Source: Candidatus Magasanikiibacteriota bacterium (GTDB lineage: Bacteria; Patescibacteriota; Patescibacteriia; Magasanikbacterales; GWA2-37-8). Taken from it: a DNA stretch of 62,786 bases. A program made the position numbers and the translations under genes. The stretch lies in contig JAHFHZ010000002.1 of the NCBI GenBank assembly GCA_023246715.1, positions 1 through 62,786 of the forward strand, written 5' to 3'. The notes below the pieces were generated by a model. That model saw nothing but the letters and a program-made list of their open reading frames with translations, was not told the DNA's origin and ran no database searches. Each line of letters opens with the position of its first letter. Positions within the stretch are counted from its first letter, which is position 1. Positions 46,460-56,370 of this stretch are shown piece by piece.

Positions 46460-47932
46460 TTAACTAAGCTTCCTGACAATGCCTTGCTCAGCGTCGACTT
46501 CAATACTATCTCCATCTTTTAAAACCTGGGTGGCAATTTTAGTGCCAATAATGCAGGGCTTTTGCAACTCCCGAGAAACTAAAGCCGCGTGGCTGAGCAA
46601 TCCGCCAATATCGGTTACAATCGCCGCCGCCTTTTTCATTAGGGGGATAAAATCAGGACTGGTCATCGGGGTAACAAGTATATCGCCTTCATTCATTTTA
46701 TCCAAATTTTCTGGAACAATAAAAATTTTTGCCTTACCTCTCGCCTTGCCCGGGGCAGCCACGGTACCGCGAAACTCTCGCACCGCCGCCGTACTTTTGG
46801 CAGGGATAAAGGTATTGATTAATTCCTGAACTTCAAGCGGATTGTCGATAATATTTTCTTCACCGGCACTCATTAGCACGCAATAATTTTTATTACGATA
46901 AGCGACTGATTCTCGGGACAGAACGGTTTTGTTATCGAGAGCAGCGCAAATTTCGGTAGGGGTGAAATAAAGTAACTCTCTATAGGATAAACCGAAGCGG
47001 CTGGCAATGGCGGCCAACAATGGACGCGCTTGAAACGCCAAAATATCAAACATCTCGGGGGTATATTGTCTTAACCAGGCTATTTCAGCGCTCTGTTTAA
47101 TGACAAAATCCAGCTCTTTGGGGAGGTGGTCGGGATACTCACGAGGAGTTTTTTGTTCAAGGAAGGGCAGTTCTGACAAGAATTTTTCTATTGAGAGCGG
47201 TTCGCCCCAGAAATGATGCGTGCCTATCCATTGATATTTTTCGACATGGCGTTGAACGGCGGCAAACAAGTCTGGATCGGCCTTTATTCTCGTTAATCCG
47301 ATGGAAGTCGAATTGTTAAGCTCTGGTAACAAATTTTTTTCTTCCAGTTGCCGTTTTATACTTAACGCTTCAGCATGCTCTTGAATCATGATGGTCGTTT
47401 GCTTTGGAATGGAGGCAGCAACATCGGTGGCCGAGCAGCCTAATTCGCGGGCTTTAACCAAAATTATTTCTCCCAGATGGTCTGATAAAATCAGTCCGGA
47501 ATACCAAGGAACCATCAGGCGTGTTAGCGCGGCGATACAAGCTTTGAATAACGGCAAATCAATCGCGGCGCATTTTTGCAGTTGCCTGATCAATTTTTGA
47601 TTTTCAGCAAAAATCTGCTTGGCTGAAACGGTTAAATTAGTAAAAAAATCCTCATCTTTGGCCTGGCAAGCACGCTCTAATTCTGCTTGTAATAGTTCTA
47701 AATCGCCTCGGTGCACTAAATGATGCCCGTTAATTAAAAAAATCCGCCCGTCTAACTTGGGAAGCCCAAGTTGTAAAGCGGTTTTTTCTTCGTACCACCG
47801 CGCCCAAAACCAAGCGGAAAAAGGAGGCTGTTCCCATTGACCGTAATAAAACCAATCTTCAGGCCGAAGGTTGAGTTTGTACAGGATTCGAACTCTGGGA
47901 GAATAGTCATTTTGAATTGCGTTAATGCTCAT
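46460..47932 (-). CDS. Helical N-terminal domain + C-terminal phospho-His swivel domain (module D)
   Basis: YQWIGTHH, FRGTVAAPGKARG, VTPMTSP, GGLLSHAALVSRELQKPCIIGT, EVDAEQG. Confidence 0.9.
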   Translation of the reverse strand: MSINAIQNDYSPRVRILYKLNLRPEDWFYYGQWEQPPFSAWFWARWYEEKTALQLGLPKLDGRIFLINGHHLVHRGDLELLQAELERACQAKDEDFFTNLTVSAKQIFAENQKLIRQLQKCAAIDLPLFKACIAALTRLMVPWYSGLILSDHLGEIILVKARELGCSATDVAASIPKQTTIMIQEHAEALSIKRQLEEKNLLPELNNSTSIGLTRIKADPDLFAAVQRHVEKYQWIGTHHFWGEPLSIEKFLSELPFLEQKTPREYPDHLPKELDFVIKQSAEIAWLRQYTPEMFDILAFQARPLLAAIASRFGLSYRELLYFTPTEICAALDNKTVLSRESVAYRNKNYCVLMSAGEENIIDNPLEVQELINTFIPAKSTAAVREFRGTVAAPGKARGKAKIFIVPENLDKMNEGDILVTPMTSPDFIPLMKKAAAIVTDIGGLLSHAALVSRELQKPCIIGTKIATQVLKDGDSIEVDAEQGIVRKLS

Positions 47933-47940
47933 ACAGTGTC

Positions 47941-48609
47941 TTATTTTTCGCGCAAAAAAATACCCAGGAATAAATCACGAATGATTTTTAAACCACCCGT
48001 AAGCCCTTGGCCGTATTCATGATACACTACTTTCACTGGAACTTCCGCAAAACGCAGCTGTTGGCGTTTTAGTTGGGTGGTAATTTCGGAGTTGTGGGCC
48101 ATACCATCCTGAGTAATCATAATTGCCATGACGGCTCGCCGATTTAAGACACGAAAACCATTATGCACGTCGGTTAAGGCCGTGCCGGTGAGGCACCGGT
48201 TAAGCACCCGAGCACATGGAAAAAAAACTCTTCGTTTGAGCCAAGGAATTTGAGAACGCTGATCCAAAAAACGCGAACCAATGACAGCGTCCAGGTTTTG
48301 TTGTTTTAATTTTTCGATTGCTGGGGCAATATCAGCGGCATCAAATTGGTCATCTGCATCGAAATGCACGATTAATTCGGCGCCATTCCCAAGCGCGAAC
48401 TCGTTGCCCGTTTGCAACGCCGCGCCCTGGCCACGATTGCATTCATGCACTATCACATCGGCTCCGGCAGCCCGAGCAACCTCGGCAGTAGCATCGGTTG
48501 ATCCATCGTCAACTACCACAATTCTGGCAAAACCCCCTGCCCGCAAGGCTTCAATTACCTGGCCAACTCGCCTTGCCTCGTTATAAGCCGGTAATACCAC
48601 CCAAATCAT
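47941..48609 (-). CDS. Glycosyltransferase family 2 (DPM1-like polyprenol-phosphate GT)
   Basis: VLPAYNE, VVDDGSTD, NRGQGAA, FDADDQ, GSRF, D...GFR. Confidence 0.92.
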   Translation of the reverse strand: MIWVVLPAYNEARRVGQVIEALRAGGFARIVVVDDGSTDATAEVARAAGADVIVHECNRGQGAALQTGNEFALGNGAELIVHFDADDQFDAADIAPAIEKLKQQNLDAVIGSRFLDQRSQIPWLKRRVFFPCARVLNRCLTGTALTDVHNGFRVLNRRAVMAIMITQDGMAHNSEITTQLKRQQLRFAEVPVKVVYHEYGQGLTGGLKIIRDLFLGIFLREK

Positions 48610-48622
48610 ATGTTGGTGGACG

Positions 48623-49660
48623 TTATTTTTGGCTAGTGTTTGCACTATTAAAAAGAAGCGCTTCTTTGTTAGCAATAGCGTAGTCGATAGTATGCTGCAG
48701 ACCTTCGGAAAGGCGCACCAACGGGAACCAGCCGAGGGCATCTTTGGCTTTATGCAAATCCGGCATACCCTTACGCGACAAGAATACTAGCGGGTCGGCG
48801 AACACCAGTTTAGAGGAAGACCCTGTCATTTGAATAACCATGTTGGCGATCGACTCAAGGTTAAGGATTTCGTCGCCGCCCAGGTTGATATTTTTTATTT
48901 CCGGATCGGCGTTCATCAGTCGGACCAAACCATCAACCATATCGGAAACATAACACAACGAAGTGGTAAGCTCATTGCCGGTGCCATAGAGCACGATATC
49001 TTTGTTATCCAACGCGCTCATGATGAAATCAATCACTGGTTGGCCCTCGAACAACCGCATATGCGGGCCATAGGTGGTGAATACGCGCGCAATTTTACCA
49101 TCGAGCCCATACACCTGACGGTACGTTTCAACGCAGGTTTCGGCAAACCGCTTCCCTTCGTCGTAGCAAGCGCGCGGCGACAAATGATTCACAATCCCCT
49201 GGTCTGACTCATTGAAGACTACTTTGGTATCACTGGCTTCACCATAGACCACCGAACTGGAAGTGAACACATATTTAGCGCGATACTTTACCGCCAAATC
49301 CAATGTGTTGATCATGGCCGAAGAATTGGCCCAGAGCGATTTGAGTTTTAATTTTTCAAAGTCCTTGGGGCTGGTAGGGCAAGCCAAATGGTAAATTTCC
49401 TGGACACCCTGAAATTTGAGTTTAAATTTATCCAGTTCATCGAATGATTCCAGGTCAATGGGCTTATTAACATCGTAATTGATAAATTCAAAATCTGGAT
49501 ACTGCAACAGGTGGTTGATATTTTGGGAGTGAGAATTTGAAAAATCGTCCAAGCAGATTACCTTGGCCTCGCGCAGCAGGCGTTCGCAGAGATGCGAACC
49601 GATAAATCCTGCACCACCCGTAACCAACACGTTCTTTTTTTCAAAAATAGGAGCGTCCAT
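48623..49660 (-). CDS. NAD-dependent epimerase/dehydratase, UDP-glucuronate decarboxylase-like
   Basis: TGGAGFIGSHL, YHLACP.SP, RACYDEGKR.AET, YVSDMVDGL. Confidence 0.88.
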   Translation of the reverse strand: MDAPIFEKKNVLVTGGAGFIGSHLCERLLREAKVICLDDFSNSHSQNINHLLQYPDFEFINYDVNKPIDLESFDELDKFKLKFQGVQEIYHLACPTSPKDFEKLKLKSLWANSSAMINTLDLAVKYRAKYVFTSSSVVYGEASDTKVVFNESDQGIVNHLSPRACYDEGKRFAETCVETYRQVYGLDGKIARVFTTYGPHMRLFEGQPVIDFIMSALDNKDIVLYGTGNELTTSLCYVSDMVDGLVRLMNADPEIKNINLGGDEILNLESIANMVIQMTGSSSKLVFADPLVFLSRKGMPDLHKAKDALGWFPLVRLSEGLQHTIDYAIANKEALLFNSANTSQK

Positions 49661-49743
49661 AATAAGTACCATATTAAGCCTAAAATTGACTTAAGTATAG
49701 CAATTCCGGCAGTAAAAGGCAACTACATAATGAAGGGGGTTGG

Positions 49744-51735
49744 CTATTCTGTCGGCCCCACAAAACTCGGTACAGAGAGGTTTTTTTGCATCCGGCCGCG
49801 CGCATCTGTAACCGGTCGGAGGCCCCCGGTCGCCGGGAAAGCCAGCACTTCGAGCACACCGTCGCTTGTTAGATCGCCCAGACGCAGCTTCCAGGGTGCG
49901 GTGCTTGACGGAGCGATATTTTTGACCAGCACGCTTTCGGTGGGCATATCGGCTACAGCTAACTTGATTTGTTTGTTTTGTCTAAACAACACGGCCGCCT
50001 GCGTACCGCTCGCTTCAAACAACCCACCAACACGCAGGTCGTCTACAGCGCTGACTCCACGAGCCAAGGCCAACGAACGCAGCATGTTGCCTTTAACAGA
50101 CCACTCGCTGAGCGTTACCACGCCTTTGGCCAGCTCAGCCGTTATAAATTTACTGTTCGGGAGCGTGTCCCAAGCTTGGACCCCGGTAATGGCGCTGGAC
50201 GTGCCCGCGGTTATCCCGGCCAATGAAAAAACGTTAAAGACGCTCGTGTTAGTGGCGCTTTTTTTCTGTTCAACTATCACCTGCGGTTCTTCGCCTGGGG
50301 CAGCGGCAAGAAATCGCACTTTAATAAAAGCGTTACTTTGTTTACCAGTTTTTATTTCTTCACCTACAAAAAATTCCTGGCGCAGCGCTCCATCACTACC
50401 AACGAGTCGAACATAACTTTTACTGCCTCGTTTAAACAAGAGCGCTACCAGTTCTTGCCCATTCGCAGCGAGGCCAGCTGCTAGGCCGGTAATATTCGCC
50501 CCATTGATTCGCGAGATAAATTTAGTAGCGCCATCCGAAAGCGCTAACTGCCAGAGGGCATTGCCCTGGGTATAATACATGGTCGATAAACCACCACGGG
50601 CTGGCTTACTGGACAGGGCCCGGGAAACGGCAGCGCTAATATTTAGACGCCCGGCTCCTAGCTGAGCAACCAGACCGGGGTTGCGCTCGGCAACAGAATC
50701 AGCAGTGGCGAGCAAGTTAGCAATTATTTCGGGCGCTTTCCAATCAGGACGAACCCCCTTGATTAACGCCGCCGCTCCAGCCACGATCGGCGCGGCAAAA
50801 GATGTTCCGTTCCACGGCCCGCCAAATTCAATCGCGTAGCCAAACTGCGGCGCGTAGCGCTCGGTGCTATATAAACTTTGCCCCGGGGCGACCAGATCAA
50901 TACACCGGCCATAATTGGCAAAGCTGCTGAGGCGATCCGCACTATCCACCGAGGTCACCGTAATGATCCAGTTGGCGCTTTCGCCCAAATCCGAACAGGC
51001 GGGATACTGGGGGAAATCAGCTAAATCACCCTTGCCGATAGCGCGATTGTTGCCAGCAGCCGCCACAATGACCAATCCACGCTCGTAAGCGCGCCGGAGT
51101 GCAGCCTTTAACCGTGGCGCGGGAGTGTCGCCCACAAAACTCATCGTGATGATATCAGCACCATTATTGGTGGCATAATCCACTGCCCGCGCAATATCAA
51201 GTTCAGATCCGTCACCCACATTATCAATGCCTCGCAAGGCCATCAGACGTACTTGCCAATTAACGCCCACGCCGCTTTGCCCATTATCGCCCACCGCGCC
51301 AACAAGCCCGGCGATGACCGTGCCATGCCGTACAGCGTCGGCGTTACTGGTCGCCGTCTCAAAGACCGAGGTTCGGACGTCGTTATTGTTTTCTACAAAG
51401 TTCCAGCCATCATAATCATCAATAAAACCATTCCCGTCATCATCAACCCCATTGCCGGGAATTTCTTTCAAATTATGCCAAATGTTAGCGCTTAAATCCT
51501 GGTGCCAGGTATCGATGCCTGAATCAATTACCGCCACCACTACTTGGTTCGAACCAGTAGTTTTGTCCCAGGCGGCAGGCAGACTTATCTGCTCCCAGGC
51601 GATTTGCTGGTTAGAAAAAGAAGGGTCGTTGGGTACTTTGGCCAGCACCGGAACACCACTCATAGCCAAAACAGGCCCAATTAAAAAGGCGGAAATAATT
51701 GCTTTTTTGTCGATACTATTATAAAATCGAGCCAT
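49744..51735 (-). CDS. Secreted S8 (subtilisin-like) serine peptidase with C-terminal beta-rich domain
   Basis: Signal peptide; VAVIDSG, HGT, AAAGN, GTSFAAP triad. Confidence 0.93.
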   Translation of the reverse strand: MARFYNSIDKKAIISAFLIGPVLAMSGVPVLAKVPNDPSFSNQQIAWEQISLPAAWDKTTGSNQVVVAVIDSGIDTWHQDLSANIWHNLKEIPGNGVDDDGNGFIDDYDGWNFVENNNDVRTSVFETATSNADAVRHGTVIAGLVGAVGDNGQSGVGVNWQVRLMALRGIDNVGDGSELDIARAVDYATNNGADIITMSFVGDTPAPRLKAALRRAYERGLVIVAAAGNNRAIGKGDLADFPQYPACSDLGESANWIITVTSVDSADRLSSFANYGRCIDLVAPGQSLYSTERYAPQFGYAIEFGGPWNGTSFAAPIVAGAAALIKGVRPDWKAPEIIANLLATADSVAERNPGLVAQLGAGRLNISAAVSRALSSKPARGGLSTMYYTQGNALWQLALSDGATKFISRINGANITGLAAGLAANGQELVALLFKRGSKSYVRLVGSDGALRQEFFVGEEIKTGKQSNAFIKVRFLAAAPGEEPQVIVEQKKSATNTSVFNVFSLAGITAGTSSAITGVQAWDTLPNSKFITAELAKGVVTLSEWSVKGNMLRSLALARGVSAVDDLRVGGLFEASGTQAAVLFRQNKQIKLAVADMPTESVLVKNIAPSSTAPWKLRLGDLTSDGVLEVLAFPATGGLRPVTDARGRMQKNLSVPSFVGPTE

Positions 51736-51820
51736 AGTATTGCCTGACTGCCAAGTCTAGGCAGTATACTCTGGAGCGGTTGAAAAACCAAGCAAGTAAC
51801 AATTAATTAAGACATAAAAA

Positions 51821-53194
51821 ATGTACCGAATCAAACAGCTTATTTTGGCGATTGGAGACCTAATAACGCTCTACCTGGGCTTGGTGGTAGCGGTGGTTTT
51901 GCGCTCGGCAACTTTCCGCAACAACGAACTCAACACCCTGGTACCGCCCATGACTCTGTTATTTTTTTGGGCGATTGCCCTGCTCTTTATTATTGGCCTG
52001 TACGACCTAGCTCAAACTAAAAATACCTGGCGGTTTTACAAAAAAATTATCATTACCAGCTTGCTGTGGCTGTTATCGGGGATTATTTATTTTTACTTAG
52101 ACATCCGACTGCGCGTGGCGCCGAAAACCATCCTGTTATTAACCGCTTTAGCGGGTTTTGGGCTTATCGCGGCCTGGCGCAGCCTGCATAACACTTTTTT
52201 GTCTACGGTTATTTGGAAAACGCGCTTAATTTTTGCCGGGCTAAGCTCCGAAGCGTTGGAATTGATTACGTTAATTAAAAATGAGCCACAGCGAGGATTT
52301 GAGGTCGCGGGAATAATCAGAGCTGGCGGGAATGGCGTGGCCACCACTACCGACCTCCCACTCATCAGCACCGAGAGCCTGGCCAGCACGATGAAACGAG
52401 AGGGCGTGCGAGGAATTGTGGTGGCGCCGGAATTGGCCGCGTACCAACCCTTCCTTACCGCCGTTTATAAAAATATTGCCGAGCAACCGGACATTATTCC
52501 GTTAGCCCAGCTGTACGAAGAATTAACTGGCCGCATTCCCCCATTCACTTTTTCGGAATCGTGGTTTTTACTTAACCTGCACGAGCAACAGAAAAAAATC
52601 TACGACCGCTTGCGAATTCTGATTGACTATTTAATCGCGCTTGTAATGGGCCTCTTTTTTATCATAACCTTCCCGTTGGTAGCGTTGACAATCCGCCTGA
52701 ATTCGCCTGGGCCAGTTTTCTTTCATCAGCCACGGATTGGGCGCCGTGGCAAAACTTTCACAATCCATAAATACCGGAGCATGAAGGCCCTTGGGCAAGA
52801 CGGCAGCGCCGAATTAGAAGGCCCGAAATATGCCCAAGCTGGCGACCCGCGCGTTACCATAATCGGTCGCGCGCTGCGCCGCGCGCGCTTGGATGAGCTG
52901 CCACAATTTTGGAATATTTTGCGCGGTGAAATGGCGTTTGTTGGCCCACGACCGGAACGGCCGGAGTTTGTGGCAAAATTGGCCGAGGTAATGCCCTTTT
53001 ACAATTTGCGCCATTTGGTAAAACCCGGAATTACGGGTTGGGCGCAATTACACGAAAGCTATTATGGCACCATTGAAGAAAATTTGCGTAAACTGCAATA
53101 TGATTTGTTCTATATCAAAAATCGGGGTTTATTGCTTGATTTTAATATTTTACTCAAAACGATCCCGATTATTACCCGGCTGATGGGACGATAA
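51821..53194 (+). CDS. Priming polyprenyl glycosylphosphotransferase (WcaJ/WbaP-like)
   Basis: N-terminal TMs; SPGPVFF.Q.R.G, KYRSM, DPRVT, RLDELPQ, VGPRPE, KPGITGWAQ. Confidence 0.93.
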   Translation: MYRIKQLILAIGDLITLYLGLVVAVVLRSATFRNNELNTLVPPMTLLFFWAIALLFIIGLYDLAQTKNTWRFYKKIIITSLLWLLSGIIYFYLDIRLRVAPKTILLLTALAGFGLIAAWRSLHNTFLSTVIWKTRLIFAGLSSEALELITLIKNEPQRGFEVAGIIRAGGNGVATTTDLPLISTESLASTMKREGVRGIVVAPELAAYQPFLTAVYKNIAEQPDIIPLAQLYEELTGRIPPFTFSESWFLLNLHEQQKKIYDRLRILIDYLIALVMGLFFIITFPLVALTIRLNSPGPVFFHQPRIGRRGKTFTIHKYRSMKALGQDGSAELEGPKYAQAGDPRVTIIGRALRRARLDELPQFWNILRGEMAFVGPRPERPEFVAKLAEVMPFYNLRHLVKPGITGWAQLHESYYGTIEENLRKLQYDLFYIKNRGLLLDFNILLKTIPIITRLMGR

Positions 53195-53235
53195 AAAATA
53201 AAAGAAAGCCCGATTAACGGGCTTTCTTTTATTTT
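53195..53235. terminator. Bidirectional intrinsic terminator
   Basis: 18-bp IR AAAATAAAAGAAAGCCCG-ATTAA-CGGGCTTTCTTTTATTTT between convergent genes. Confidence 0.85.
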
Positions 53236-54854
53236 AAGGCGGCTTTTATCAACCCCACAAATAATGGATGCGGGCGCAAAGGCCGAGATTGGAATTCCGG
53301 ATGGAATTGTGAAGCGACAAAATAGGGATGATTTTTTAGCTCAATAATTTCAACCAGATTTGATTCTGGGTTGATGCCCGAAAATAAGATTCCCGCTTGT
53401 TCCATTTCGAGTAAATATTCATTATTGAACTCATAACGATGCCGGTGCCGCTCGGTAATTTCCGCGGCCCCATACAGGCGGCGGGCATGACTTTCTTTTT
53501 TGAGGGCGCAACGGTAACTGCCTAAGCGCATCGTTCCGCCATACCGATTCTCTTTCACATTTTTGGCCTGCGTGGGATTGATATGTATGATTGGGTCTGG
53601 GGTGTTTTTGTCGATTTCCACAGTATGCGCTGATTTTTTGCCGAGCACGTGGCGGGCAAATTCAACGCAAGCCAGCTGCATACCATAACATAGTCCGAGG
53701 TAAGGTACCTGATTGACGCGAGCGAACTCGATGGCGCGCATAATCCCTTCAACACCACGCACGCCAAACCCGCCCGGTACCAAAATTGCATCAAATCCAC
53801 CCAGCTCTTTTACCTTGCCCGGATCAGCTTCATACGCTTCGGCATCAATCCAGGTGAGCTCTGGTTTTGCCCCGACGCTCCAGGCGGCATGCTTGATGGC
53901 TTCGATAACCGAAATATACGAGTCGGCCAAGGTAAACGTGCCCGTGGAAAAATATTTTCCGACCAGAGCAATTTTTACCGGCTGGCGTGCTTTTTTTACT
54001 TTACCGATAAACCGGTCCCAGGCGGCAGCTTTGGATTGTTTAAATTTGAGATTTAATTTTGCCGCCAACCGTTCAGCCACGTGCTGGCGCTCAAATACAT
54101 TTGGCACTTCGTAAATATTTTCCACATCGGGAGCCGCGATGACATCGGCTTGTTCGCGTAAACCACAAAGCACCGCCAGTTTTTCGCGCCGCGGCTTGTC
54201 GAGTTCGGTTTTACCGCGAGCGATAATCATGTCGGGCTGGATGCCGCTGCTGTTGAGGGCACGGGCGGCGTGCTGCGTGGGCTTAGTTTTCATTTCACCC
54301 AAATTTCCCGGAATCGGCAGATAGCTTACCAAAACAAACGCCACATCGTTAGAAGTTTCCAACTTCATCATCCGGGCGGCTTCGAGGAAGAGAATATTCT
54401 CATACTCCCCCACTGTCCCGCCAATTTCAATGACCATCACGTCGACACGACTGGCACGAGCCGCTTTTTTAATCCGCTCAATTACTTCGAGCGGGATATG
54501 CGGCACTACCTGCACGCAGCGCCCCTTATAGTACATTGAACGCTCCTTTTCAATCACGCTTTGGTAGACCCGCCCCGTGGTCATGTAATTGATCGAGGTA
54601 ATATCAGTGTCTAAAAAACGTTCGTAGTTACCGATATCCTGATCGGTTTCGTCAGCGTCAGCCGTCACAAACACTTCGCCATGCTCAACCGGATTCATTG
54701 TACCGGCATCAATATTCACGTACGGGTCTATCTTCATCGCCGAAACGTGCAACCCGCGATTTTTTAAAATTCGCCCGATACTGGCGACGGCAACGCCTTT
54801 GCCCACCCCGCTCAACACCCCACCAACCACAAAGACGTACTTGGTTTTTGCCAT
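53229..54854 (-). CDS. pyrG: CTP synthase
   Basis: GGVLSGVGKG, KIDPY.N.D.GTM.P..HGEV, KTKPTQ, GLCYGMQ, RHRHRYE, QFHPEF. Confidence 0.98.
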   Translation of the reverse strand: MAKTKYVFVVGGVLSGVGKGVAVASIGRILKNRGLHVSAMKIDPYVNIDAGTMNPVEHGEVFVTADADETDQDIGNYERFLDTDITSINYMTTGRVYQSVIEKERSMYYKGRCVQVVPHIPLEVIERIKKAARASRVDVMVIEIGGTVGEYENILFLEAARMMKLETSNDVAFVLVSYLPIPGNLGEMKTKPTQHAARALNSSGIQPDMIIARGKTELDKPRREKLAVLCGLREQADVIAAPDVENIYEVPNVFERQHVAERLAAKLNLKFKQSKAAAWDRFIGKVKKARQPVKIALVGKYFSTGTFTLADSYISVIEAIKHAAWSVGAKPELTWIDAEAYEADPGKVKELGGFDAILVPGGFGVRGVEGIMRAIEFARVNQVPYLGLCYGMQLACVEFARHVLGKKSAHTVEIDKNTPDPIIHINPTQAKNVKENRYGGTMRLGSYRCALKKESHARRLYGAAEITERHRHRYEFNNEYLLEMEQAGILFSGINPESNLVEIIELKNHPYFVASQFHPEFQSRPLRPHPLFVGLIKAALK

Positions 54855-54898
54855 AGGGCCAAGTTAAAAAAGAAATTTTTCTAAAAAATTTGAATGGG

Positions 54899-55348
54899 CT
54901 ATCTTTTGGCGATGGCCACCACGAGCACCCGGCAATCGGCTTCCAGACCATGCGGGAGCTTCACTCGTATATTGTACTGGCCGGCATTTTTGATTGGCGG
55001 CACAACCAATTGACTCTTTTTTACGGCGTAACCCAACTCCTGGAGTCGACCCGCAATTTTTTGACTATTCAAAGCGGCGTAAAGTACCCCCACCTCATTA
55101 GCCTTTTCATTAAATTCTACCTCAAGTCCGTCTATATTTTCGGCCAACTGTTCGGCTTCTTTTAGCTCGCGCGCTGAAGCGGTGGCCTCTTGTTTTTGAC
55201 GCGTACCCACGTTTTTAAGGCTTTGAGTTGAAGCGGCAACAGCCAAATGCCGGGGAAATAAAAAATTCCGGGCATGGCCTTCGGAAACTTCTTTGACATC
55301 GTCGGGCCCCCCTAGTCCCGGGACATTTTCGAGCAGAATGACTTTCAT
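54899..55348 (-). CDS. rplI: 50S ribosomal protein L9
   Basis: MKVILLENV..LG....V.EV..G.ARNFLFP. Confidence 0.96.
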   Translation of the reverse strand: MKVILLENVPGLGGPDDVKEVSEGHARNFLFPRHLAVAASTQSLKNVGTRQKQEATASARELKEAEQLAENIDGLEVEFNEKANEVGVLYAALNSQKIAGRLQELGYAVKKSQLVVPPIKNAGQYNIRVKLPHGLEADCRVLVVAIAKR

Positions 55349-55436
55349 AGGAGCCTACCCCTTGATTTATTCACCTTAAAATTATACTATAGCGGCGCTG
55401 AAAAGGCAACCAATTTTGCAAGACTATTTATTATAT

Positions 55437-56309
55437 ATGGAAACTTCGCCCACCTCTCTGCTCAAATCCGGCCTGGTTACCCTGGTTGGCCGTTCTAACG
55501 TGGGAAAATCCACGCTACTTAACACCCTGATCGGCACTAAGCTGGCCGCCGTTACCCACAAGCCCCAAACCACCCGCCAGATTATACACGGCGTTTTGAA
55601 CACTCCGGAAGGGCAGGCGGTGTTCGTGGATACCCCGGGTGTTTTTAAAGAACGGCGCGACGCTTTGTCGGGCACCCTGACCCGCCGCGTACACGAGGCT
55701 TTGCGTGATATCAATATCGTGGTGTATGTTGTTGACCCGGTGAAAGCCATCGGCGCGGAAGAACGGTCAATTTTAGCGATGCTCCGGCCGCTCACTATTC
55801 CTAAAATTTTGGTCATCAATAAATCAGATTTACCAGCCAAAGAAAAATTATACCTGGCCGATTACATTGATTTGGCAGCGGATTTTACGGCGGTCTTTGA
55901 ACTCTCGGCTTTAGAAAAACGACATATTCAACCCCTGGTGGCAAAAATATTCGAACTACTGCCGCTGGGCGAAGCGTTTTACCCACTCGATCAGCTTACC
56001 AATATCGACAAATACTATTGGGTAGCCGAGGTGGTGCGCGAAAAAATATTTTTGGCGCTGCGCGAAGAAGTCCCCTACACCACGCACGTGGAAATCACCG
56101 ATATTGAAGATAAGCCCGACGTATTTGTGATCAAGGGAACCGTGTATACTTCGGATAGCCGCTACAAAAAAATGATTATCGGCACGGGTGGCCGGGCGCT
56201 CAAAGAAATTGGCATCGCGGCGCGCAAAGAACTGGCCACGGCTTTGAACCGCAAAGTGTTTCTGGAATTGGAAGTGGAAACGGATAAACATTGGATTGAA
56301 CGGGTCTAA
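55437..56309 (+). CDS. era: GTPase Era
   Basis: GRSNVGKSTL, KPQTTR, DTPG, NKSD, EEVPY, IIG..G..LK.IG KH domain. Confidence 0.97.
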   Translation: METSPTSLLKSGLVTLVGRSNVGKSTLLNTLIGTKLAAVTHKPQTTRQIIHGVLNTPEGQAVFVDTPGVFKERRDALSGTLTRRVHEALRDINIVVYVVDPVKAIGAEERSILAMLRPLTIPKILVINKSDLPAKEKLYLADYIDLAADFTAVFELSALEKRHIQPLVAKIFELLPLGEAFYPLDQLTNIDKYYWVAEVVREKIFLALREEVPYTTHVEITDIEDKPDVFVIKGTVYTSDSRYKKMIIGTGGRALKEIGIAARKELATALNRKVFLELEVETDKHWIERV

Positions 56310-56318
56310 CATATTATT

Positions 56319-56349
56319 AAAACCGACCCATTCACTGGTCGGTTTTTTT
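56319..56349. terminator. Intrinsic terminator between era and the S41 peptidase gene
   Basis: AAAACCGACC-8 nt-GGTCGGTTTTTTT. Confidence 0.75.
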
Positions 56350-56370
56350 ATTGCTTATTTTTTGATTATC

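Noticed and set aside
49592..50416. 274-aa plus-strand ORF and similar long antisense ORFs (29288-29875, 30312-30953, 3754-4362)
   Set aside because: Antisense to well-supported genes and lacking recognisable motifs.
51736..51770. Imperfect hairpin between the divergent S8 peptidase and sugar transferase genes
   Set aside because: Short and bulged; cannot be distinguished from chance or assigned a role.
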